NCBI GenBank assembly: GCA_013239625.1
Contig: MU054220.1
Coordinates: forward strand, 6,742,626-6,790,224
Source: Lama guanicoe
Lineage: Eukaryota
Length of the DNA stretch: 47,599 nucleotides
Reading direction: 5' to 3'
Of the stretch, positions 1 to 13,455 are shown one piece after another. Made by a program: the position numbers and the translations under genes. Below the pieces are notes generated by a model. That model was not told the origin of the DNA, ran no database searches, and was given only the letters and a program-made list of their open reading frames with translations. Numbering within the stretch: position 1 is the first letter of the stretch; every line of letters begins with the position of its first letter.

Positions 1-490
1 CCATTATTTTACTTCTTACTGTTTTCTTTAATACTTATGGTAGAATTCAGGGGTATTTGCTCTTGGGATAGAAAAATATACATATACTTTATCTGCACTA
101 ATGGCTAAGTGAAATTATCATTTCTGTCAATTGTGAATGTAGGCAATAAACCATACTTGCATTATTTTTTCATAAAAAATCAGTTTTCATATCGTATTAT
201 AGTTGTGTCAGATACCACAAAATATCTTTCATACTCATCACTACTTTGAAATTATTATAGTTAGAATTACTGCTAGATCTTATCATTTAATTTATTAATA
301 AAGATGCATATATATTTTTATATAAAAAATTTCAACATATTGATGCCAGTATAGCAATATATATTTTTTGCTCTGTAATGTTATGTATTGTATTTTTTTC
401 ATTTAAAAAACATTAATCTGAGAAGAAACCCATAGATGTCACCAGATTTGCAAAGGGAACCATGGCATGAAAAAACAAATTCCTCCCAGG
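1..490. mobile_element. Degraded hAT/Charlie-type DNA transposon terminal fragment
   Basis: 405-490 (aaaacattaatctgagaagaaacccatagatgtcaccagatttgcaaagggaaccatggcatgaaaaaa) resembles a recalled eutherian hAT terminus. Subfamily and left limit are uncertain. Confidence 0.45.
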
Positions 491-498
491 GCCCACAA

Positions 499-987
499 TA
501 TCTGTTCAGTTAGCTGTTGGTATATAATGAATCAACCCAGAATTTAATAGTTTAAAACAGCAGCAATTGTTATTGTTCTTTTTCATGAGTCTCAGGTTTG
601 GCTGGGATACAGGTAGGTGGTAATTACACAGGGTTTGCCATGCTCTTGCATCCAGATGTTGGCTGGAACTGGACTCATTTCAGGTGTGAAAGTAGATGCT
701 GGCAGTCGGCTGTGACTTAAACGGGGTCATGCCTATAAGTGGCTGTTTGGCTTTCTCAAAGTATGGCAGCTGGTTCCGAGGCTGAGCATTCTAAGAGATC
801 CAGACAGAAGCCATATTGCCTTTTAGGACCTAGCCGCCAAAGTCACATAGCATCACTTTCTCCAGTGATAAAGGAGAGATGACATCAACCCCAAATCTCA
901 TTAAGAAGAGTGGCAATGTCACATCATAGGAGCATGTGGGACAGGACATATTTTGATGAACCTCTTTGAAAAATACAGTTTACCCCA
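499..987 (-). mobile_element. MaLR solo LTR (old MLT1 subfamily)
   Basis: Starts gttagctgttggtatataatgaatcaacccagaatttaatagtttaaaacagc, contains ttttaggacctagccgccaaagtcacatagcatcactt, and ends ctttgaaaaatacagtttacccca. These are typical reverse-strand MLT1 motifs. Confidence 0.75.
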
Positions 988-1269
988 ATGTCCCAAGGTT
1001 TTCCTGCTCCTGAGTCTTTCACATAGTGTATGTCCCGCTCTAAATGTTCTAATGTTCCTCTGTTCTTTCTTTTACCTTATTCTCCTGTTTTTTCCCTTTA
1101 AACCCAAAGCAAAGCAGAAATTCCACTTCACATCTTGCCCAAACATTCCCCCTTCTTTTCACACATACCTAATTTCTTTGTGGAGTTGGAGGGCGAGGGT
1201 GTCTGTGCTATAATTTTACCATAAGCTTTACTTTAATTTGTGAGTTTACTTAACAAATGGTAGTACTCA

Positions 1270-1395
1270 TTTGTTTCTACGTCTTTTCTCTTACTTGATT
1301 GGGACTTCTTTGAGGATAGATTCCCCTTCTGTTGGCCCCACATGACTACTTATTTGTTGCACATTTATACTCAACTAATATTTGTGGAATGAACA
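1270..1395 (+). mobile_element. L2 LINE 3' tail remnant
   Basis: Ends ctcaactaatatttgtggaatgaac, similar to the L2 tail ctcaataaatatttgttgaatgaa. Confidence 0.5.
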
Positions 1396-3014
1396 ACTGC
1401 TCTTCCAAATTCAGCTGCCATCTGAAGAGTCCTTCCCCTTTTTAAAAAGATGTGAAGCTCCTGAGTCATGGGGTAGCAACAGCTCCATTTGCTAGTTCCT
1501 TCTTTCCAGATTTAATAAATGAGTTCAAGGCAACAACCTTAGCTCAACAGAACCAAATACCATCACTGATTCTCATAGACTTTTTAGGAATGACATCATC
1601 TCTGACTCAAAACCAAAGGCAGAGACACCACAAGATTACTGAAAACCTGAGAACATAATTTCTCCAAAAGAGACCAAAGTGCTTGGATAAAGCAGATGAA
1701 ATGTTGAGCCATGGGTTAAGGGGTCAATCACGTGAGATTACTTTAAAATACAAGTACTTAAGTTGTGTGGCTTTCTGATACACCGTCAAATGACATAGTA
1801 GAAGGACTAAAACGTTCATGAGAGATGCGTTTCATATCCTGGTAAAGGAGGAAGAATTAATCTTGGAAAGACTCAAACTCATTCACATTAAAGTTAAAAG
1901 GGAAAAAAAAAGTTTTGTATAATCTTTCAGATGCATATGAAATATGAAACTCTGGCCATTAAACAAACTTTTTTTTTTTTAACACAAGATGAAAAAGCTG
2001 AGCTGGTTCACTGAGAAAATAGAAGCCGGGAAATTCATAGCATTTGTTAAGCTTAGTAACAAGAACCAAAGAGAGCGCTCTGCTATGAAGAGATTCAGGT
2101 AGAAGTAAGCTGTTTCCTAGATTATGCTACTATGAGTTGATGTGCAAAAAGCATCTATGATTAGATAGAAGCCAGGATGTATACACTTCCCAACTGAGAC
2201 AGGCATATTTACAGAATTGGCAGAGAAGATCAGTGTGATAAGAAAGGTTAGGCTTAAACTCACCACTAATGAAGGGCAACAGATGGTTCAGGAGACCAAG
2301 CTGTGTGACATCACTCGCCTAGAGGAAAGGTCAGGGCGTGGGGCGCCCCTTATTAAACTCATCAGATAAGCCTTGCAGTGTTCATTTCTGCTGAAAAGTT
2401 GATCATGACATGCATTTTGCTCCATGATTTGGGAATTTTTGAATCTTGACTCAATGCTCCCAACAGATTGATAGTATGAATTTTCGATACCAAAGTGACC
2501 TCACTTGTAAGCTCTAGTAAGGAATAATATATTGGATCTTCATTAGAATTAGACTGGTAGGGGTGGAAACATTTTTGAATAAAAGATGTAATCTTGAAAA
2601 TATTTCTTTTGTGTAAATACTTTTCCTAGTTCTGAGAAATTTTTGAGTAGATTTCATCATTTAACGTATTCTTGTCAACAAAGAAAAAAAAGGCTTTATA
2701 TAAATTCTGGCACTTTATATTAACAAGCCTATCTCTGTTGTATTAGTTATTATGCTGAATGTAAAAGGACTTCTAAACTGATTACCTTTTGTAGAAATAT
2801 GATTCAAATAACTTCTCAATGCTATGTCTTTAAAAAATGAATTTGCTCTGAGAGTAAATGGAACCATCCTTCTACATCTTTATTCACTGAGTAGCCACTT
2901 AGAGACAGACAGCAGTGTCGCCCTCCTGTCTCCACTAGCAGTCCACGCCCCCATCCCTGCACTGGATAGAGCGCCATGTTGCTGGAGGGAACAGATGCTC
3001 TGGCCCCAGTGCAA

Positions 3015-3112
3015 ACTCAGTGAACCTGAATTTCTAGAGACAAGATCTGAGCATGTAAACTTTATAAAGGCTTCCCAAGTGATTCTAATGTGCAGCTGGG
3101 TCAGAGCACTTG
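3015..3112. mobile_element. MER5-like hAT MITE fragment
   Basis: ctttataaaggcttcccaagtgattctaatgtgcagc matches the MER5 core motif. Confidence 0.6.
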
Positions 3113-4674
3113 GAAGGCATACGCAGGCCTCTTATTTTTGAATGTTAACACTTTCTTCACAATTGCAGCATTGGGGTAGGTGCTCTTCTCATAGGGGGGT
3201 GGTAAAAAACCATAAGGACATCATTTTCCAAAATAAGGGAGGAACGGTGTGACATTGATGCTGAGAAAATAATCCCTGAGCCTTATTCTTCCCAGAGAAG
3301 GGAAAGTGAGCTCTCATTCTTCATGGCCCACTTAGTTGGGGCAGCTCAAAGAGGCTGAATTGGAGCCAGCTAGGCGGAGAATAATCTTCCCTTGCCTAAA
3401 CTAATGAATGGTGAGATGAGGAGTGTTATTGGAAAAATGCACCAAAATCTCACATGTTTGTTTAAATGAAGCTGTGGTCAAACTATGTACAGAACAAACC
3501 CTATGCAGCTTTCGGCAGAGATAGGAGAGAAAGTTAATAGAAACTTGAACCGATGATACCACATTAATTGTCCGGTTGGATAGAAGACCAAACTAAATCA
3601 ACGTTCTGGGAAGTAAGAAAGTCACCCATTATTCTGGGTGTAATACCCAGTATATTTTTTACATTCCTGTTTAATTCCTTCCCCTCAAAAATGTTTTCTT
3701 TTTTAATAGGCAGCTATGTTTGGTGGCTCTTTTTTTCCTCAACAAGTGCCGGATGCTTTATTCCTTGCAGTAACTGGTTCTGTCATGTATACAGTGGTAG
3801 AGAAAAGAGAGTTCACTTGTGAATTGTGGGTATAGCTATTCTGTTCTGTAAAATATTGAAATGATAGTCTGTAAGACCCATTTTAATAGCAGGGGGCCAA
3901 GATGACTCCCATTATAAAAGAGAGTGTATATAAAAATGTTTAAAATGTAGTAGATGCTCAAAAATAATGAGAATAGTAGGAAATTCTCATCATTATTGAA
4001 TAGTTTGCTTTGATTTTATAAGTGGACCAATGAGGAGCTTGCAAACTTTTCTTCCAACCATGGGATTAAATTGTTTGTGTTAGAATATATACTCTAGCTT
4101 CTTATGCGAGCAGAAGGGAAAAAAATACTTGCTGTGCTTCTGTAACTTTCAGCCAATGATACATAGGACGAAAACATACCGTCCTTTACACCATAACACC
4201 CGCATACTACTAATCCACTTACTACACAGCATCCTCAAAATGATGGTCATCTCTAGGGAGGGTTGTTGATTGTCCAGTTGTAGGAGAACCAAATGATAAG
4301 GTTTGAAATTATTTTCAAAGCTGTAACACATTCTGCCGATTAAAGGCCTATTGATTATATTTTTATATAACTTTGACCTTCTCTACATGCCTTATTGTTT
4401 TCTTTTTATTGGGCCTTGTGCCCACTGGAGGATGGGAGCCCCTTGAGGATGGGGCCTTGTCTTGTTTTGCATCAGACAGTGGTACATAACAGGTCTTCAA
4501 TAATAATAATAATAGTAGCTGCCATTATTGTTGTTGAAAGCTGATAAAGATTTCAGTGCATAGTTGGTGACTTTGTAATTAACTTGTCTCGTATTTTTAT
4601 TTCCCGGAAAACATTGGGTTGTACTTGCTTCAGATAGTTTCACCATGTGCTCAGAGATCATTTCTTTTTTCAGC

Positions 4675-4785
4675 TTTTACCATCTCAGTTTCCTTAATTC
4701 TCAAATGAGGATAAGCCACCCCCCGCCACACACACAGATTCGTCTTCAAGGCTGAATAAGATAATGTGTTTGAAAGTAATCTTAA
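4675..4785 (+). mobile_element. MIR SINE
   Basis: Core ctcagtttccttaattctcaaatgaggataa, followed by gaataagataatgtgtttgaaagt. Confidence 0.65.
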
Positions 4786-6309
4786 GCTCTCAAGAGTCGT
4801 TCAAGTGTTTTTAGTGCCCTGAAGTAAGCTAAAGTCATATAAGGGACAAAACAAATGTCATGTCTTAGAGACCAAAATACTTTCTTAGGAAATAACAGAA
4901 AGTTATTTTCTTCTGGATGACTTACATAATTCTGTCCAGGAAGAAGAGGGCAGGAGGGCCGGAAACACATGGTCTCTTAAATATCATTATTAATACTATG
5001 AAAAATAGCTGCATGCTTGATCTTTAAAATATATATAAAAGAAATCATTTCTAGCCTCTTTAATTGTAGCTGTGAGTATATATTATGAAGCACAGACATA
5101 ATCCCCAGAGATGAGTGGACACTTAATATTTCAAGCACTGACTAGGCCTGGGAAGTAGGCAGTCCTGTTCCCCTTGAAAGCTGGTGGTTGTGGTGGTCCT
5201 CAGAGGTTAGAAAATAGGAAGAAATTCTCCTCCTCAAGAGTGTTGATTTGGATTCAAGGCTGCAGACCTAAATCCTCTAAAGTTTATAAGGAAAATTCCC
5301 ATCTGAGTTTTCATGCTGACTCATCTGAAAGCGGTGTGTTAACAATGGGGGCGTAGCAGGAGTTCCTGCCAGAAAGCGGGCTCTCCACCTCCTGCCTCTG
5401 AAGGTGAGGTTCTGATGTTCTGAATTGCCTCTGCCCCCAACGTGGTCATAGTGAAATTTTAAATTGCCCTCTTTAGCAGTGGAAGTCTGAGCCCAGAGAT
5501 CGCTGTGACTAACGACAGCTTCCCTGTTCCTTTTCCAGAGTTATTGTGCCAACTAAGGTGTAGCTTAGTGGGGATTTTTCCGCTCCTCCCCTCGACTTCC
5601 ATAATCCTCATCAGCATCCCCCAGAAACCCCAGTGCACACCCAGCACACGAGCAATATGCTTGCAATGCAGATGCTCTCAAAACAAGTCTCTTAGGTTTC
5701 CTTAAAACCAGATGACTGTTCCCAAGAGCTTCCTGTATACAGATGTCCAATCTCTTCTCCCTGGAGGTTGAAAAACAGCCCAAAGGAGGTGCATGTCCTG
5801 AGTTAGCATGATTTTCTTCCACTGCATCACGCAAAATGCTGAAGTCATGTGGATTTTTCGGAACGATTTCCCTGGTGTGTTGCCAGAGCAACACAATCTA
5901 ATGAGCATTTGGGATGGGGCGCGGCAAGCTGAGGTGGGCGTCAGGTGCGCTGCTCACAGGTGCAGACCTCCGAAGGACTGGCTTTCAAGTCTGACTTGCC
6001 AATTGGATATGCCTGTCAGTTTGCATTAGCCTCCAATTTAAATTCAGCCATTGTCATTTCTGTTTTAGCCTCACATGCATTTGGACGGAAGACCCTGAGT
6101 AAAATTTCAGTCCCCAGAAAGTCCTGTCTGTTAACATAATGCTAGGAAGAAGCTCTGGTAAGGTAAAATGAATGAGACACCAAATGTGTTCCCTTGGCAG
6201 TAGAATCTGCCTTTTCTTTTCTAAAAGTGTTTATCTGAAACTTTGTTCTGTACTAACAACCAGAAAATTGAGCTTGTAGGTTAACTCATAGGACAGTATT
6301 AGTACTAGT

Positions 6310-6475
6310 TATTGTAAAAGACAAAGTTCTCATAAGTTTCTCAGAGGCAATATTACTGCAAATTCATAGGTGAGGAACTGAGACTTGGGCGGACTGGCCT
6401 AACTTGGCCGAAGTTTCAGGGCTAGTGAGCAGTGGGTCAAGGATTCCAACTCCCACCTTTCTGACTCTAAAGTTA
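6310..6475 (-). mobile_element. MIR SINE
   Basis: Reverse core ataggtgaggaactgagact...aacttggccgaagtttcagggctagtgag...tctgactctaaag. Confidence 0.7.
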
Positions 6476-7989
6476 CATCCATCTTTTTTTCATTACCTTA
6501 CAGATGTATATGGAGTACAGTGATGGAAATGGCTATAATTTATTTAATACTTCTAACATGTCAAAGGCAAGGCTTTGTTGGTGAGCAAGGCGAATGCAGT
6601 CTTTAGCCTCAGCTGTCTTAGAGTATAAGTGAAAAAAAGAAAAGCAAAACAAGTGATGCAAGGGCCATTTAAATGTTGAAAGGGAAAGGAGAGAATGCTG
6701 TGGCATCACAGAGCAGGCGAACTGAACACGTCCTGTGAGGGAACAGGTGCAGTCGAGGTGGAGAGTTGAACAGTAGAATTTGACCAGGTAATGATAGAGA
6801 AAGACGTGCGCTTAGAAGGGGGCAGGGATATCTGAGCAAAAGAAATGGCAAAGGATCAAGGTTGAGAAAACAGACAGGTTAATAAAGAAAACCGGAAATG
6901 GCTTAGATGGAGAAAGACCTACCGGATGGAGAATGAGGAAGATGCTAATGGACTAGAAAGCTTTAGAAGGAGTCAAGTGTCATACTGTAGAAATATTAAT
7001 AAGACTGTCGTTGTGCTAAATGCCCTGCTGAAAATAGTAATAATTAGTATTCTGACGTTTACAACAGTACTACAAGTTAAATATTATCATACCAATTTAC
7101 CAGTGGAGCGGCTCCTGGAGCTCAGAGAACTGGGGAAGCCAAAACCCTGTTGGCTTGGCCCAAAGCCCTTCATCGTGAAGGGACCCCACACTGTTGACAT
7201 ACCTTGTCACTTAGCTACACAGTGGTCAGGGACAGAGAGGTAAGTTATCTTCCTGTTGTCTTTACTGTACGTGTGCACAATGACCCTGACCGCATGTCTA
7301 GTCAGTTCACTTTGTGATGACAAGTGGGATCATGCAGTCTTAGTTATGGCTTAATTGAAAATGTACATGATTTTTGCAAAACTTTCCAACCAAGGACATC
7401 ATTAACATTTAATGCTTTCCCCACATTTATCCAGCTTTGTAGATTTGACATTTTATACTTTGCTGACCTTTTTGGGTTGTTAAAAGGGAATATCTTTTCT
7501 GTATTCCTTTTCCTCTGTTACAGGAAAAGAAAGCCGACTGTATTAGTATTTATAGAAAAAAAAAATGAAGGGAAAAAAAAGTAAAGACCGTATTTCTTAC
7601 TCCTTTTTTTTTTTCTTTTTAAGTAGAATTATCCTGGGCTTTCAACCAGAGACTTTGGGCCGCTCTGTTATTGATCTGTCTGTTCTATATAAAGATCAGA
7701 CCATATGCATCTGTCCAAATTGGCAAGGATTCATTTATAGTCTTTGCCTTTCATATTTTTATTTGTTGCTTACTGCTGCAGTCTCACACAGATAATTTAA
7801 TAGAATAAATCTCCATATTTCATCCAGTAGATTAAAAGAACTAGTTTTTCCAAACCCGTATTTAACATAATGCAATTATCTTATGATCTCTCTAGATAGC
7901 TTTTACTTCTCTGGTAAAGTGGTTGTGTCCCTAATTACACATTTGAAATTAACCCTATAAATTAGTAAGATTCGGTACCTAATTATAAT

Positions 7990-8803
7990 GTGTGTGCATG
8001 TGGAGGAGCAGTTTCTCCACACTGCCGAGCAATTCTCACACGCCAGTTGTGTGTCCTATCTTTCAACTCAATTCTGATGCTATCTACCTGGAGATAGTAT
8101 CAGACCCCACAGGTTAAGGGCTCAGTGCCACAAGGCTAGAACCCCTCACCCCAACTTCAGATGTTAATCACAAGTACAGGTTGTCACCCACACTTCTGCT
8201 TCTGACTAATTGGCCATAGATCTGAGATTTCAGAGACCCTCTCTGATTGTCATTAATCTGCTAGAGTGGCTGGCAGAACTCAGGGAAACATTTTATGGAC
8301 TAAATTACTGATGTATCATAAGAGGATGTAACTCAGGAATGGCCAGAGGGAAGACATATATAGGGCAAGGTATTGGGAAAGGATGCAGAGTTTCCAAGTC
8401 CCCTCTGAGCACCACTCTTCTTGAATCGCCCTACATTCACCCAATGGAAGCGCTTCAAACCGTGCACTTTTGGGCTTTTGTGGAGGCTTGATTATGGCGG
8501 CATGATTGATGAAATCATTGGCCAATGGTGACTGAACTCAATCTCTAGTTCCTTTCCCCACTCCTAGTGGGTCCAGTGTGGAACTAAAATTTCCAACCCT
8601 CTAATCACATGGTTGGCTCCCCAGGCAACCAGCCCCCATCAAGTTACCTTGAGGCTTTCCAAAGGTCACCAGATTAAAACAACAATTTTTGTGTGTGTGC
8701 GTGCTTTCTCCACTGGAGAAATCTCAAGAATTTTAAAAGTTCTATGCCAGAAAAAGCGACCCAGACCGAATATCTATTTCTTGTTATAAATGACAATATC
8801 ACA
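7990..8803 (-). mobile_element. MER21-family ERV solo LTR (~800 bp)
   Basis: Diagnostic caactcaattctgatgctatctacctggagatagtatcagaccccacaggttaagggctcag and aaatcattggccaatggtgactgaactcaatctctag; terminus caatatcaca. Confidence 0.8.
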
Positions 8804-9466
8804 ATTGTATCACAACTGCTCTCTTAATTTTCCTTCCTATTATATTGACATTTAATCTTTTATTTGCACTTTGTATTTTATATATGAAAACTATTTACCT
8901 TCACCCAAAGGTGAAATGTCTTTAATTCTGCATTTTGCTTTGTCCCCATTTGTTTGTATTTTACTTCTTTGAATTTTGTTTCTTTAGAGTGGAACCAAGA
9001 AGTGTACTTTCCTCAGAGGTAGCCCACTAGTGGGATTTTAGGAATGGCTTTTAGTTTTGTTAAGTAGCTTTTTTAGGGTAAAAATTTGTTTCAACCAGGT
9101 GATGGTTTAAACAGCTATATATCACGCATCCTTCTATATAATACTGAATAGTGTATCTTTTATACATGAAAGGATATATGCTGAGTGTAGATATTGTGCA
9201 AAACTTGTTAAAAAGCCGAGTCTGAAAATATGAAGCTATGAAATATCTTTGTCCAGAGAGAACAAAGATACGTCATTTTCAGTGCTCATTAATTATCAGT
9301 ATCTTCTTAGAATACTAGCCAAGAATTTATAGCTATGTGTTTATGTATTTGTCTGCTTTCCAAGAGAATTGAGATCCATTAGTGATGTCTGTCTTGTGCA
9401 CAAAATAGGAAAAAATGAGCCACGTGTTTTTTAATCTTGCCTTAGCTGCGTGAAGTTGGTCTAAAT

Positions 9467-9660
9467 CAGGGACCAGCAAGCTGCTCCTATAAAGGGACAG
9501 ATAGTAAATATTGAGGAATTGCAGGCCAGATAAGGCATTGTTGCAATGACTCAGCTTTGCCATGGCAGTGCTAAAGAATTCTGTTTCCAAAAAATTTTAC
9601 TCCCCAAAACTTGTGTCAGCTCATACTTGTCCCATAGACCATACAGTTTGCTGAGCTCTG
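9467..9660. mobile_element. MER58-like hAT MITE
   Basis: Degenerate terminal inverted repeats cagggaccagcaag...tttgctgagctctg; internal taaagggacagatagtaaatatt and ctcagctttgccatggcagtgc. Confidence 0.75.
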
Positions 9661-10109
9661 GTCCGAGTAGTAGATCACATGGCGTCCTTAGAATGAAATC
9701 AATATCATGATTTTTGAGAACGTGAAATTGTTCACTGGCCAGATATTTGGTGTCGATCTTGCATGCCTATGCGTCACCTGCAGAGAAGATGATACATCTT
9801 CAGGTGGGTGCTCTGAGGCAGCCTAGAGCCCTGTTATGGTACCAGTTAGTACCTGTCACGTGCATTGCCATCACGGGTTTTTTCCCTTCATTATTATAAT
9901 TATTTTTTGAACTTGAATAATTTTTCATTTCTATGTGACATTAGCATAGATTCCATCTTTGGTAGGATAAGGGTAACATGCAATTGGTGCTTGAAACTGA
10001 GGCTGTATTCATAAAAGAGTCTTTTGATTACAAGTGATATGAACACAACTCAAATAAGCTAAGGAAAGACAGAAAACCTATTGTAGTGATACCATGATAT
10101 CTTGAAAAA

Positions 10110-10181
10110 ATATATATATACATATATATATATAAATGTGTGTATATATATACATATACATACATATATATATATGTATAT
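10110..10181. repeat. (TA)n/(TACA) compound microsatellite
   Basis: Directly visible. Confidence 0.95.
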
Positions 10182-11708
10182 ACCTGAACTTTATGACCGA
10201 TTTTAACAAGAGATTTCATGAATAGCCACAGGACACGTTTCTGTTTTTAATCTCTGCTTATATCTGTGCATTTGCTTTATTTTTCCCTCTGATTTGTCAG
10301 ACTGATTTCCTCCTTATCTCTAGTTCACTTGAAGAGAAATATTGCTGCCCCGAATCTCTAAACCTATAGTTTCAGCCTCAGGGTAAATCGATCCTTTGTT
10401 GATTCTATGTTAATTTCTGGTAAAGGACTCTTGGGTCAAATACTCATCCCTGGACTGATCAACTGAGAAAAATGGGTCTGTGAAAAGGGCTGTGACGGTG
10501 CAGTTTGGACAACAACCTGGAGCCAGTGTCACACATCACTACACCTGGATGGCCCTGAGGCTGTGAGACAGCACCTAGGAAAGAGTTTTATCCAAGGGGA
10601 AGTATTTAAGTAGGAAATGCGTGCCTTATTTACTGCTTAGCAAGAGAATGTCTTGTCTTTCAAATTTCTGTTTGGCATAATAAATTAGCCTCTATGTTTT
10701 CCTGGAAAAATTTCATGACAAATGGGCACTTCCAAGACAGCTGTCTTCTGTGTGTTTGGAAACATCACGTGACATTCTTGGTGACCACCATCATGGGTGG
10801 AAATGAGTTACTCTGGGCTCTGTTGTTGGGCCAATGAACCTTAGGCTGAAAGGCGACTCATTGAGGCCAGTGGAATTGGATACAAAAGATCTGATTAGCT
10901 CTGCTCGTCTTTTTGAGCCCTGTTTAAGCTACATAATAATTCCATCTTCTTCCCTGCCCTGTGATGATAACCTTTAGTACTTGCATCTCCGAATCTATGG
11001 AAAGTAGCAAATGATGATTCAAAGTAATGGGTTCCCTGTTGAAGGACCCCAGAGCAGAGCAGTATCTTGGAAGAAATCACTTGTTACACAGCTGAATTAA
11101 ACATTTCCTCTGTTCGTCAAGCTGAACTCCTGCTTAAGAACTGCACCTTGGCAATGGATAGCATTTTGGGATGAGAACACTGCCTCGAAATGAAAATGTT
11201 GAAACATTTCTGTGGCTTTTTCCTCATGCTTCTCCAGAAGCAGCCCCTGACCCACAGGAGACATGAAACTTTGGTTCTAGGTGATGAGATCAGGATATCA
11301 ACATTTAAGTGCTTTATTCATCTTCTATGAGCTTTCATTCCTAAGCAATCTTTGGTCTGGGGAGCTCTCCTAGAGAAAAATAAAAAAGCTGAAAATTGCT
11401 TTCAGAATGACATAGCTGGAGTTGTTGACTGTGTTTCTGTCACCAAGTTGTGTGGGAGTCCATGCAATGATATCAAGGTTAATATTTAAAATAATAAAAC
11501 ATTGCAAAAACAACAAAAAGATATTCATATTTGTTTTTAAGTTTGTTTATTTAATAAGCAATTTCTATTTTCCTGAAAATATTCTGAACAAGTGACTCTT
11601 TGCATCTTCTTCACATCAGGCTCACATGCAATTCAGATTTCATGGATTTATGAAATCCATTAAAAAAAAATAAAAGCCTGTCTTCTTTAACTACTTTGTT
11701 TTCCTTAC

Positions 11709-11746
11709 AAAAAAAAAAAAAAAGAAAGAAAGAAAGAAAGAAAAAG
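11709..11746. repeat. Poly(A) followed by (GAAA)n microsatellite
   Basis: Directly visible. Confidence 0.9.
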
Positions 11747-12865
11747 ACCTACCTCTCTTTCATTTTTTCTTATAGTAAGGATAACTTAGTAATATGATAT
11801 AGAATAGCATCATTAGATGATTTAAAGACCTTCTACTGTTTCTATGTGATAGCGTTCCTAGGTGACTCAGATGAGACCTGAAACCATGGACTCGTGTAGG
11901 TAAGGGCACTATTTACTCCACCATCCCATGTCCTGTGGGAAGTACCTCGTCCTTCCCAAGTCTGCTGCACCTTCGTGGGGACATATTTTGTCATGGTCTC
12001 TCTTGTTGCTGCTTCTCCAGATTCACCTTAAGCTCCTGGATCTTCCTCCCTCAGAATTCTTCTCTTTTTTATTCCTGGTCCATTTCCCAGATTCTCTCTA
12101 AACCTCAATCACAATGCAGGTGTTTGTGGTAGAATTGAACTGAACACTGGAGTTCTGCAAAAAAAAAAAAAAAAAAAGATGGATAATAAACTTTACACAT
12201 CCCTCTTCTTAAAAATACAAGACTTTTTCTTGGCAGAGATTTCCTTCAGGGCTGATGTTTCTCCTGCAGGCCCAGCTCTCCCATTTTGCTGACATTTCTA
12301 CTTCCTTCTGTATATCCAAGGATCTCCAAATTTATTCTGCTTTAAGGTGATTTAGCCTTTCCTTTCTCTATCTTCACCCTAAATCATATGTTCTTGCCTG
12401 TTGCACCACACTCTTTATCCTCATCTTATTGATATACCCTACGTTAACAAAGTATCTCCTACTAAATGTGCTTCCAATGTTTGACTATGATCTATGTCAC
12501 TGCAGGAAGAATTTCAGATTTAACAGTTCTCATCACTGTGGCTTGAACTTTTTCAATGGAAATTGATCCAGTCTATTTAGTTTCTTTGGTTACATTATAC
12601 CTGTCCTGGAACAATGACTTCTGTTGGTTAAAACTTGGCACTAGGAGGGCTGTGGATTTGATGCATAAAAAGCACGTCCCTATACACAGAATATATGTTC
12701 ATTCTCAGCCTCTTATATCGTTGATCCTGAGAAATAGAGCAGAATTACTTAAATGGGTCAAGGCAAAATTATACTATTTCTAAAAAACGATCAACCTCTT
12801 TATTGCTCCTGTTTTTTAAGAATACCCCTAGTGTATGACCTTTTCTTCAATACCATGTACTTAGA

Positions 12866-13074
12866 CTAGTTCTGTCCAATAGAATTTTCTATAATATTGA
12901 AAATGTTCTATTTTGCACTAATATACTCTGTCTAATATACTATTCACTAGCCACATGTGACTGTTGAGCAGCTGAAATGTACCTAATGTTACTGAGGAAC
13001 TTAATTCTTGATTTAATTGTATTTAAATTTAAATAGCCACATCTGGCTAGTAGCTAACATACTGGACAACGTAA
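12866..13074. mobile_element. MER3-like hAT MITE
   Basis: Inverted ends ctgtccaatag...atactggacaac; internal actagccacatgtg and tttaaatagccacatctggctagtagcta. Confidence 0.85.
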
Positions 13075-13359
13075 CTCGAGATTTTTCCCGTTTCTACTAG
13101 ATTCATATGTGTGCTTAAGCTGGCCTCTTCAAGGTCCCAGAAATGGTTAACTATGTGTATTCCTAAAATAAAATCCAAATTTGTGTTTTAGGGGTATTAA
13201 TATATTAGGTAGTCCATCTTTCCTTCAGTGTGGTACTGTAACCAGCATTTAGATAAAAATGTGTTGTTTTCAACAAATAATATGAATATAAAATTTTTCA
13301 TTGCACTGTAAGGCTTTACATCTTGTAACGTTTATATAAATAGATAAATTTGATGGATA

Positions 13360-13455
13360 ACCTGAATAGTGGAAAACCTGAGTTTTAGCTCCAGTTTGCA
13401 GGGAAATCACTTTCCCCAACCCTTGTTTTCAAGCCTCATCTGTGAAGGGAATGGT
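13360..13455 (+). mobile_element. MIR SINE fragment
   Basis: aaacctgagttttagctccag...cctcatctgtgaagggaatg. Confidence 0.5.

Noticed and set aside
11862..11899. 38-nt AG...GTAAGG plus-strand exon candidate
   Set aside because: It has a weak pyrimidine tract, shifts frame and has no other support.
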